Source: Macrostomum hystrix
Taxonomy: Eukaryota; Animalia; Platyhelminthes
Direction of reading: 5' to 3'
NCBI GenBank assembly: GCA_950097015.1
Contig: CATNEN010000038.1
Location: forward strand, 3,968,001 to 4,032,000
Length of the DNA stretch: 64,000 bases
In this document: positions 24,501 to 36,500 of the stretch, in pieces
Layout: each line of letters opens with the position of its first letter
Numbering within the stretch: the stretch's first letter is position 1
Translations under genes and position numbers: made by a program
The notes under the pieces: generated by a model
What the model was told of the DNA's origin: nothing
The model's database searches: none
The model's input: only the letters and a program-made list of their open reading frames with translations

Positions 24501-27500
24501 ATCGGGTGGCAACCTGCACCCGTCGATCTCCGGGTGACTGCTCGTCTAGGAAGTGCAGCAAGGGCTTTAAGTGCGTCACAATCAGAACGCAGTCTTTGCT
24601 TAGTAAAGCTATCACGCGTTGCGTTCGTTCAAGCAGTAAGTTACGAGCTGGATACTTGGTATCGCAAACAAGTAGATTTAATTTACATACCATATTTTCA
24701 TTGAGCCAATAATTAAATTATTTCAACAGACCCGTGCAACAACGTAAAATGCAGCGTCGGATTCACCTGCAAGGTGCGCCACTATGGTCGCGTGTACGTC
24801 AGAGGTGGGCGCAGGTACCGACTAGTCAGATTCAAGGCAGCATGTGTACGAGTCAACAACGGTAAGTGAATTGCAATCTATTAACATTATTACTTTTCGT
24901 GTGTCGATACATTACAAGCTTTGTGGAGCAGTTCGTTTGCCTTTTGTGCCAGATCTTTGCGCCCGAGTTCGCTGCGGACGATTTAGACGCTGCGTTGTTG
25001 CGAATCGGTTTAGCCAGGCGTACAGGACTCAAAGCGCCAAGCGTTACAAACTAATGCTAGCCCGCCGAGCTGCTGAATTAAAAAAGCGCAAGGCTTCCTT
25101 TGAACGGCGGTTTGCTGCTAGATTGAAGGGTCTCACCCAACGAGGATCAAAGAGGGATCGAAAATCAGGTGATTTGGTCACTTACTGGCTTTTTAAACTA
25201 TTATGAGCTAAGAATGTATTATCCGATGCGTTTAATCCGCAACGCATCGGCTACCGTTCAAATTTTTTCAGTTGATAAGCTTAAAAAAAGGCTGAATCAA
25301 CAGCGCAAGTCCTACCTGGCTGTTTTGGATAGACTTTACAAGCGAAGCCTAGCTCAGCTGCGGACTGCATTCAACAGATCCAAGACTATGACCGTTAGGT
25401 GTGTAGGACCAAAGACTGAGAAGAGTAAGTTGGCGATCAACGAAATTAATCATCCTATTCATAGAGGTCCTAAAATCTATACTAGTAAATTTTTGCATTT
25501 TGCAGATCCATGCAGCAGGGTTAAATGTCGCTTAGGCAAGACTTGTACTTCCAAGGTGTCAAGAAGTGGACGGATGACCTCGCGATGTGTAAAGACGAAA
25601 AGTAATTTAAAACGAAACTTACGTAACTGCTTAAACACTTAAAGATTAAACTTCAACTACATAGTACTTCGGGATGCGAAACGATAGTTATTTTTGCCAA
25701 AAACCGTCCCTTCAGATCTTTGCAGTACCAAGAAGTGTCCCAAGGGTACAAGATGCGTCATCAGCAGTGCCGTCACATCAGATGGTCGTAAATATAGGGA
25801 AACCAGAAGAAGGCAAGGCCAAAAGTATGTGAAAGCTCGCCACGCTCTGAGATCCAGGTATACAGCCACATACCGCGCCACCAAGTCTACACTAAGAAGC
25901 GCTAAGAAGTCGTTCAGAAGAGCCATCGTGACAGCTAAAAAGTCTAAAAGAGCTTCAACAATTCGAGCACTGAAGACTTCATGGAGGTCGCAGCAGAAGC
26001 GTCTTAGAGCAAGTCTCCGTCAGCTAACAAGTCGCTATATTTTAGCGACTCGGGCGCTCCGAGCGGCATACAAGCGTAACTTACTCAAAGTGTCCAAGAC
26101 ATACAAAAAGCGTCAGCTGGTCAAGAAGTTCGCCCAGTGCCGAGCCGATCCATGCGCCAGAGCCAAGTGCAAATCCGGCTACAGATGTTCTGTTGTGCGA
26201 CGTTACACCAAAAAATTCGCATCCTACGTCCAGCACAGACGTCTCGTCATGCAGGCATTCTTCAAGAAAGTGCGTAGTCTGCGAAAAGCGCCCACCAAGA
26301 AATCTCGGGGCAGGCGCGTTAGCTATCAGGAGTACAGAAAGATGGCCAGTAAAGCCGGAAAATCCCTATCGCAAAATTTGAAGGCACTACGCAAAAAATA
26401 TGGAGAATCAACGTTCAAGAATAGAGTGAAAGAAGTTGCAAGATGCATTCCAAGACCACAGCGTAAGTGATGTCTTTGATAATCGCATTAGAATAAAGCA
26501 TTAAAAGGAGCTATTTACAATTTCAGGAACATGCCTTCATAAGAAGTGTGGGGCTGGAACTAGATGCGTTGTGCGGAGTGTTCCGACTTGGTGGTACAAG
26601 TTATACCGAAAAAGTGTCAAGCGAGCCTACCTAAGATTTAAGACTCGATTACAAACTGTTGTCGCTCGACTGAGTCGTCAAGGTCGCAGTAGCAGGCAGA
26701 AACTCAGCAGGCGTGTAAGATCCAAGGAAAGAAGAGGCGGCAGACGACTGAGATCCAAGGGAAGACGAGGCGGCAGACGTGTGAGATCCAAGGGAAGACG
26801 AGGCGGCAGACGACTGAGATCCAAGGGAAGACGAGGCGGCAGACGTGTGAGATCCAAGGGAAGACGAGGCGGCAGACGACTGAGATCCAAGGGAAGACGA
26901 GGCGGCAGACGACTGAGATCCAAGGGAAGACGAGGCGGCAGACGACTGAGATCCAAGGGAAGACGAGGCGGCAGACGTGTGAGATCCAAGGGAAAACGAG
27001 GCGGCAGACGTGTGAGATCCAAGGGAAGACGAGGCGGCAGACGTGTGAGATCCAAGGGAAGACGAGGCGGCAGACGTGTGAGATCCAAGGGAAGACGAGG
27101 CGGCAGACGACTGAGATCCAAGGGAAGACGAGGCGGCAGACGACTGAGATCCAAGGGAAGACGAGGCGGCAGACGTGTGAGATCCAAGGGAAAACGAGGC
27201 GGCAGACGTGTGAGATCCAAGGGAAGACGAGGCGGCAGACGTGTGAGATCCAAGGGAAGACGAGGCGGCAGACGTGTGCGATCCAAGGGAAAACGAGGCG
27301 GCAGACGTGTGAGATCCAAGGGAAGACGAGGCGGCAGACGTGTGCGATCCAAGGGAAAACGAGGCGGCAGACGTGTGAGATCCAAGGGAAGACGAGGCGG
27401 CAGACGACTGAGATCCAAGGGAAGACGAGGCGGCAGTCAACAAAAATCCAAGGTTAACAAGCGAGCCAGTCGTCGAATTAAGACAGCCAAGTCTCGTCTG

Positions 27501-30500
27501 TGGGGTCGGTTTAAGAAAGCCGTTAAGCGCTATCGCAAAAAGTTTAGAGCCAGTCAAAGCAAGATCTCCGCTCGCCGATGGAAGAAGTACTCTCACTCAA
27601 GCCAAAAGGTTCGTGCATCTGCCTTCCGACGCATACGAAGCGAAGCTCAGAAATATGCAAGACGAGTCAATAAGCTCAAGGGTTGGTTTTCTAGGAGAAT
27701 AGAAATCTACAAGAAGCGCATGGAGGCAGTGCGGAAGATGTCTGGAGCAAAGAGAGTAAAGGCCAGAGCTGGCCTTCTGAGGTTCTACCAGCGGACAATG
27801 AAATTGTACAGAGAACGGCTCACGGTTGCGACAAAGAAGTACTATAAACAGCGAAGTAGAATGCTGAAGAAACTTGAAAAGCGGTTGTCTCGCGCCCGAG
27901 GAAAGACCAGAGATCTACGAAAAAGGCGCTTTGTGAGACGTGCTATCTGCATGCCCATCAACCCGTGCTCGGCCAAGAGATGCCATCAAGGATTCGTCTG
28001 TCGAGTGCGCCGTGTCCGAAGCGGCAGAAATCCAAGATTTAAGAAGATTGCGCGCTGCGAGAGATATGGTAGGAAAACTCGCGTTCTGACTCAATTGGAA
28101 AATGCGAAGATACAATGCTTAAATGTATTCGTATACACATGTACACATGTACATCTAGGGAAATTATGAACTATTGGTATTTATGAAACTTTGTAATCAC
28201 ACAATGAGTATACTAGTACTTCTGCCGGCTAGACCATTTAAAGCCGAAGCTGAAAACCGAAAATACTAAAAATCTGTAGCGAAATATGTTTCTTAACAAA
28301 GGCTAAGCGTCTAATTATTAGCATTATATTGCATTATCCACTTAAAGATCCGTGCAAGAATATCAAGTGCTCACGTTCAAGCCGGTGCGTAGTCAGACGA
28401 ACAGCCACAAAGGAACTCCAGGCTTATCGCTGGTACGCCCGCAAGTCTAGCCGACGCCACAACAAGGCAGTAAAGAGTCTGCGAAGGAACATTCGCCAAC
28501 GTGTGCGCAAGATTAAAAGGCATGCGATCAGGCGTTACAAACGACAGGTGCGGACTGTCCGTCGCAGACTTAGTGGCCGCCGATTTGCTAGTCGCATTGG
28601 AGGCCTGAAGCAATCTCTGGTCAGAAGATTGCAGCGCTGCAACAGGCGGGCGCGTAGAGATTACAAGCGCGGTAAAGCTGCCCTCAGACGTAGGCTCAGG
28701 CGAGTTCTGAAGCGCCACTTCCGGCGATACCTGCGGCACCATCGACGCTATTCAGTGAGAGCTGTGTGCGTCGCTGCTGAACAAGGTGAGTAAATGAAAA
28801 AATTGGAAATGAGGAATGAGCTAGAAGTAAATCCATGAGAAATATCTCGTTACTAGGAGAATTCATTGTAAAAAGTACACTACTTTATCGACCAGAAGAA
28901 CCCCAAATAATAGTTGTACAACAATGTCATATCGAATATATCGCGTATTTTAGTGATAATTATTCGTGTGCTTCTCACTTTTCCGACGGTTTTTTCGATG
29001 CCTTCTAGATCCATGCAGCAAGAAGCGTTGCCCCAGCGGGTCCAGGTGCATTGTACGCCGACAGCGAGCTGCACAGTACAAGCGATTCGTGGCCACCAGA
29101 CGGCGCTACCTCAGGAGTTACCGCATGACCCGAATCCACAAAACGCGACGCGTGCGGGCCGCCTTTAGAAGGAAACTGCAGAAGTTGCTGCTGAACTACA
29201 AGAAGCTGGGAGCTTTTAAGTTCCAGCTTGTAGCAAAGTGTTCAAAGAAAGGCAAGTCATGAATAAATTGCAAATTTCTTTTTAAGTGAGCATGTACCTC
29301 GCAGTTTCAAATAGTAAATAAAATTAGAAAAACGTATTGTGACTCGTAAAACTTTTAGCCTATTGTCCAAGAGGATACTTCCGCAGTGGAAGCCAATGTG
29401 TCCGATACGTTGAAGTCTGTCCCGAGTCCTACGTCCGCATTAGAAGACGTCGCGGATACCGCTGCATCAGTAAGTCTGTTTAAGATAAATTTTGCCACTT
29501 TTCAATGAAACATTGTGATGAGAAAAAGTTTTCAATGCCTCGAATTCTGACTTCTATCCTCCAGGGTATTACAGAGTTTGCCCGGCTGGATACATGCACT
29601 TCGACAATCTCTGCGTGAAGTCGTGCCCACCAGGAACTAGAAGGTCGTCAAAGCGAGCATGCAAAGGTAGAGTCAAACGGTCTTTACAGAATTTTCATTG
29701 ACGCAAAAATTCCCGATTATTATGACCACTTTTATTTTAGTCGTAAAGTCATGCAGCACATTCCTGAACAATACAAAATGTGTGAGGGCTTGTCCGAAGA
29801 ACACAATCCCTGTTGGCCGGCGTTGCCGAAGTAAGTCTTGTTAAATCGAAGAAAAAACGATTGTTAAAGTACATTTTTCTTTCTATTGAAACTTTCAAAT
29901 GGTTTCTATTTTAGGATGTCCGAAGGCAGCGATCGCTCGAGATGGGAAGTGCCTTGGTACGCTGGGATAAATGTCAATTCAGAACTATTGTTGTTACAGA
30001 GCCTATATCCATGCATTTTGAAATTGACTACGCTTTACTTAGGAGATAAAAAATGATAGTTAGAAGCAAGCGTACAACAAGGCATTGCATTTCAGTTCCC
30101 AGAATCAACTGCCGCTCGGGATATCAGCACGGACAGCAGTGTGTAAAGAGCTGTCCCAAGGGTTTTTACGCGTTTGGCAGTCGATGCACAAGTAAGTCGC
30201 GTTATTCAATCTTCATAAAAGAACATAAAGACAAAAAAGAAACAAAAAATGAATCTCTGTTCTCGCAGGAGTGCGTTGCCCATCTGGATCCAAGGCTCGT
30301 TTCAGTCATCGCAGACGAAGAGTTCTCTGCATCCGTAAGCAGTTTCTCAGTGAAATTTATGTCTTTATGTCTCATTTTGTCTTGGGATATACCAATTCGC
30401 AAGAGGACTGCGGGCACTGGTAATCCTTTTGTTGACAGTACCCGCAGTTAGTGAGACACTTTTTTGTTTTTTATTTTTTGCTTTGTTAGCAGATGAACAT

Positions 30501-33500
30501 TAATGGGTAAAATTTCAGGCAAGCCATCATGCAAGAAGGGTGCTGTGTTCTATGCTGGCTCCTGCCACGCCAAGTGCCCCACTGGCACCCGCCAACGCGG
30601 CTGGTTCTGCCTGCGCCAGTGTCGCTCCGGCCTGGTGCGCGTCGGCTTCCGCCGTCAGCGCTGCATCCGGCCCTACTGCCGCAATCGCTTCCGCCTAGGC
30701 CGCAGAGGCTGCGTTCGCAAGTGCCCGATCGGTTTTGTGGGCGTTCGACGCACCTGCAGACGCGTGAGACTGACCTGTCCGGTAGGATACGCTCGCCTTG
30801 GTCGCGCACTCTGCCTCAAAGACTGCCCGATTGGCTTCGCCAAGCGCAATGGACACTGCGAGTACAACGCATGCGCCAAGGGTACCTTCCGCTACCGAGG
30901 TACCTGCATGAAATCCTGCCCGGCTGGTACCATACGACGGGGCAGACACTGTTTTAGTAAGTTTTAAGTGCATTGCTATTCCTTTGGCAGTGATAATAAC
31001 CTATAGTAAATGCACTTCAGCATTTGAAATCAGGCTAAATAATTGCGACTGCTAAAAATTTCAGGAAAGAGTAATTGCAAATTTGGCCGCTTTGACTACA
31101 GCAAGCTGTGTTTGAGAAAGTGCCCGCCTGGTCACTATAGGAGCTACTCAACTCGAACATGTGTTCGTAAGTAAATTCTGATTATCTCAAAACTTAAAAC
31201 TTTTATAGTGTTGCATGCAAAGGTAAGCAAAATGTTTTATACATTTTTATATGATCTAAAGATTTATTGAACTTGTCATCCGGTCCATTAAATGTAATAT
31301 GATGAAAACCGCTTTTAAGGTATCAAGCGCTGCTCCAGTGGCATGATAAGATTCAGGCGACTCTGCCTAAAATCTTGCCCGCTGGGATTCGAGAAAGCCA
31401 GGCGCACCTGCAAGCGAAGATCCACCTGTCGCGACGGGTACGCGTACAAGGGCGCATGCCTGCCTCTTGGTTCGAACTGTCCTGCCAGCACTGTGCTCAT
31501 CAGGGGATCATGCGTGCGAGCCCGTGAGTTTATTTATAATTCTTCTCATTGTTCAACTCAAGTCTTGCATCAATTTTTTTTAGTTAGGACGAGGTCAGTC
31601 CGCCATAATTTTTATTGAAAGTGCATTATTTTTCTGCAGCCGGTCTCTGCGTTTCCGGCCGTCTTCTTCTGATCCGCTCCAGCGGCGCTCGCTCCTGTGT
31701 GCGGCTCTGCCCGCGTGGCTACATGGCAGACAAACGTCGCCGAACCTGCACAATGTCTCACTGTCCTAGTGGAACAGTGCGCTATCGCAACACCTGCAGA
31801 AATACCTGCCCCAGGGGATTCCGCGCTGATAGCAACAGACAATGCGTCAAAGACAAAGCGGTCGTTAAGTGCACTGGAAAGACATTTGCGTTCAGACGGC
31901 GATGTGTTAGCAGCTGCCCTGCTGGTTTCGTGCTCCGGGCACTGACACGGCGCAGAAGGACCATCCGCTATTGCCGCCGATCCAACAAGTGCAAAAAGGG
32001 CAAAATCCTCATTTTCACTCGTCATAGAGTCAGTCGAAGCAGAAGGTACCGCTACAGATCAAAGTGTGTGGACTCAAAGAAAGCCTGCAAGACCGGGTAC
32101 CGGCTAAGAAGGAAAGTTATAAGGTTCATGCGGCTAGGCAGGAGAGTGCGCAGAGTTCTCCGCATCTGCACTCCATCGCGAAACAACTGTGCAAAGGGCC
32201 TCTTCAGGTACGGAGGTGCCTGCAGGAAGGACTGTCCAAAAGGCATGAAGTCTGTGATCGTACGAAGATCTTCGAGAATGATACGAACATGTGCACCGCG
32301 TATGCTTCTGGAACTAACCCAATAAATATTTTCCTATATAACATTAGGCAGCGTCTGACATTTATTTTCATCATTTACTCACAAAAAGGTTGCGGCAAGC
32401 TGTATGCCATTGGCATGAAGTGCGTTCGCAAGTGCCCGGATGGCTTCCGAGCTACCAAATTCAGTCGCATCAGATTTTGCAAAAGAAGTGAGCCATTATG
32501 ACTAAAGCTCATTGCATATACGAGCGTATTATGTGCTGTTTCTTATCGACTGGCGAAAGTTTGTCAATATACTGTTTTATTTCAGCGTGCAAGAAGGGCG
32601 AGTTTTCGTTTAGAAGAAGCTGCGTCAGACGTTGTCCTCGCGGCTACAGACTGCGCAAACTACGCATCTACTCAGAGCGCTTCAAGCGTGTTATTTCCAG
32701 AATCTCTTGTCAGCAGCAAAGTGAGTACACCCCAATGTTTCTCTTATGCTGAATTCTTAACTGATTGCAAGTAATCAAATCTGAAATTTTAAGGGTGCCG
32801 TAGAGGTTATAGATTGGTCTACCAGCTTCAAAGAAGTGGTAATGCGCTTGCCTTAAAACTGAGAGGCATCTGTCAGAGAAGTAAGCCTATTTCCCAATGA
32901 AATTTTATCACCTTTCAAAATCAGCAATCTCTCTATTGATAAGCTGCATTCACATTTTAGTAAAAGCAAAGACTTGCAGACATCCGAAAGCATTGTTCTA
33001 CGGACGCTGCCGAAGCGCGTGCCCAGCGGGATACTATAGGCGAACAAGAAATGTCCGAGGGCGAAGATATGGCTTCTGTTTGCCTACAAGGAAAACAGTT
33101 CTGTGCCGTAGTAGACGATGCAAAGCTGATCAAATTTGCGTTGTGCATCGCCGATCGCGCATTTTCAGAAGCAAAAAAGGAGCCTTTAGACGAGCCATAC
33201 ACAGAACAGCATGCGTGCCTAGATGTAAGTACAGATAATAGACAAAAATTCATCACCTTATGCAAGAAGTTTCTGACAGAAAGCTTTATCCTCTGACGAA
33301 AATCTCGTTTTAGATTGTAAGGCTGGAACGTACCGCTACAAAAACAAATGCATCAAGAGCTGTCCCCGCGGATACTCTATGAAGACTTACAAACGCACCA
33401 GAGTATTCAAGGGTCGGAAGCACTCCGTTACTCTGAGACGATGCACCAGAAAGGCTTGCAAGTATCCTCAGGCGAGATACAGCGGCCGCTGTGTGAAGAC

Positions 33501-36500
33501 ATGCCCGAAGTCCTACATGATGAAGGTCTTTAGCATCCGCTTCCGTTACAGAAAGACAAGCTACGTTAGGCGTTATGCCGTGTGTCGGGAAGATCTCTGT
33601 ACGAAGGTGCGCTGCTCTTCAGGAGAAAAGTGCATTGTTAACAAAGTGATGGCCGGCAGGCGCCGTACAAAGCAAGTAGCTGCCTGCGTGAAGAATCAGG
33701 TTGATCCGTGCTCACGCATGACTTGCCGGCGGGGCTACAAGTGCAAATCCGCGTCTGACAGGAGCGGAAGCAAAAGGGCAAGGTGTGTGAGAATAGCACC
33801 CAACTGCCGCGGTGGCTTGGTCATCTTCCGACGTCGATGCCGCCGCAGATGTCCAAAGCGGTATCGCATCATCAGCAAGCGAGTTGGAGAGACACTCCAG
33901 AGAATATGCGTCCGTGACGCTTGCTCCAAGGGTCGATACTTTTTATTCGATAGATGCACAAGCCGGTGCCCGATCGGTATGAAGTCTCGACAAAAGTTGT
34001 ACACAAAGACGTACAGTTTTAAATATTGTCAGCCAAAGCATTGCAAGGGTCGCAGATTCAGGATCGGGCGCCGTTGCGTGAAGTCCTGTCCAGCTGGGTA
34101 CAGACGCCGCTACTACAGAACGCGCCGCGGATTGAGCCGGTACTGTCTTTCCTATGTCTGCAAAAAAGGCTACTATAAACTGGGTCGACGCTGCGTACGA
34201 CGATGCGGCAAGAACTACCGGTTGAGGACATACACGAGAGGCGAACACACCTTCGGGGTCTGTGAGCCGGTTGAGTGTGGCAAGAGTTTTGTGTTTGTTG
34301 CTGGAAAGTGCAGACCAGCCCTGAAGGGTTGCTACGATCGAGTGTACAGTTGCAGGGCCATGGCAAGAAGAAAACGCTGCTCAAGCAAACTTGTGAGCTA
34401 TTTGTGCCCAGTTGCGTGCAAGAAGTGCAAGCCCAGCAAACGAAAGTTCTGCACTTGCACCAGCTCTGGTGACCCGCACTATCGAACCTTTGACGGCAAA
34501 TGGATCACATTCCAGGGAAAATGTAAATATCTTTTGGCGCAGTCAACACTTAAAAAGGGTTCGAAATGCAACTTCGAAGTGACAGCCAAGAACGAAGTCC
34601 GTGGAAAGGCTAAAACAGTGACCTGGACCAGGTTTGTCGAGATCAGTTTCCATGGCATCAAGATTCGTTTGCACCAACGACGTCGAGTTTTTGTCAACGG
34701 AAAGAGAATCAGACGACTGCCAATATCATTCTATCCTGATGGCAAGAAAATCAGAATTTATCACAGCGGCAGAAATGTTGTTGCCGAGTCAAAGTATTGC
34801 GGCATGCATCTTCAGTTCAATGGTAAATCGATCGCTGAGTTGCATCTCCCACGGTCACGATATGCCGGAAAGGTACAGGGAATTTGCGGAAACTGCAACG
34901 GAGATCCAAAAGACGATCTGAAAACACGCGACGGCAAAGATGTGTCTAAGCTTGGAGCGCAAGGCTATGCGAAGATTGGTCAATCTTTTGCCGTTCCCGA
35001 TGACTCGTCTAAGAAGTACAGGTGCGAAGTTAGGGCGGTCCCGCCAGCAAACAAGATCTGCTCTAGCGCCATGATGAAAAAGGTTGCCACCAATGAGTAC
35101 TGCGGTTTGATTTTGGATAAGAGTGGTCCATTTAGTCAGTGCATTAATTCTAAGAAAGTTGATTTCGCAGGAATTTTCAAGAACTGCCAGTTTGACGTGT
35201 GCGAGTACAAAAGCCCTAGAAATCGCCGAAGGGCCGTCTGCCAATCGCTTGAGTCCCTCTACAACGCTTGCCTGGCTGCTGGCTTCAGTGTTAAATGGCG
35301 ATCCAGAAGCTTCTGCCCGATGCGCTGTGGTCCAAACGCAGTCTACAGTCAGAAGGCTAGCGCCTGCCCCAGAACTTGCTCGGATATTGGTCGCCGCCGA
35401 GTGTGCCGCCTACCAGATCGCGACGCCTGTGTATGCAAGCCAGGATTTGTCCTGAATGGAAGAACGTGCGTCCCGGAGAAGAGTTGCGGCGATGTTGTTC
35501 CCATCGACGTAGCATTCGTCGTGGAGGGAACCGATGATATTAGCACCGATGAGTTCGAGGCTCTGAAGAGCCTGGTTGTGAAGCTTCTTACAAAATATCG
35601 ACTGTCATTGGAATCCGTCCGACCTTCACTAGTTGTGTTTGGTAGAATCAGCCCGACTGTCAGCCTGTTTAGCGAGCATCAGGACAAGACTGAATTCATG
35701 GAATTTGTTAGGAAGCTGAAGAAAACCGGTGGTTCAACCGATAATCTGGAAGCTGCTCTACGAGTAGTAAACAAAGTATTGATGCAAGCGATTGGCGGCT
35801 TTAGGCCAGAAGTTCCCAAGTATGTGATTGTGCTGAAGAAAAGTTCTGTTCCTGCAACTTCTGACAAGCCAGTTCGCAAGCAATTAGAAAAGCTTAAGGA
35901 ATTAAAGGTCAGAGTCGTAGTTGTCAACTTGCCTAAGACAGGAAAGTCCAGTGTTGATGCAACCATGAGCGGACTCACTATCATCCAAGCTGGCATGCCG
36001 CCATTTACATCTATCCCAGCCATTTCCAAGGAGCTAGAGTCAACAGCCGGCTGTCCATTGGGCTTCAGAATGGAGAAAGATGGCTGCGTTGATGTTAACG
36101 AATGTACAGCCTCTGTTCCAGCATGCCACAGTGATGCCACATGTGTGAACCTGCCAGGTAGCTTCGTGTGTCTCTGTGGTGACGGTCTGCTGCATGACAG
36201 AGCCAGAGGATGCGTGACACCTGAGAAGCCGAAGGCGAGTTGTCCTGAAGAGCCCAAGTGCGACAAGGGCTTCTATTATGACAAGACAGCAAATAAATGT
36301 ATGGATATTGACGAATGCAAGGAAAATCCATGCCTCGGAGATCAAGCAACTTGCGTGAATCTCGCTGGCAGCTTCAAGTGTGGTTGTCCTGCCGGATTTG
36401 AGTACAATAAGTTCTTTGGCTGCGTGGACATTGATGAGTGCAAGGTAAAGAAGGACCCCTGCATGGGAGCTGGAAAGTGCATCAACATGCTCGGTTCCTA

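Noticed and set aside
26649-27596. Antisense Ser-rich and Pro/Leu/Arg-rich ORFs
   Set aside because: Shadows of the 33-bp coding repeat
26571-28169. Stand-alone protamine or sperm nuclear basic protein gene
   Set aside because: The ORF starts at GTG inside an exon bounded by acceptor ~26526 and donor ~28068, in frame with the secreted giant protein
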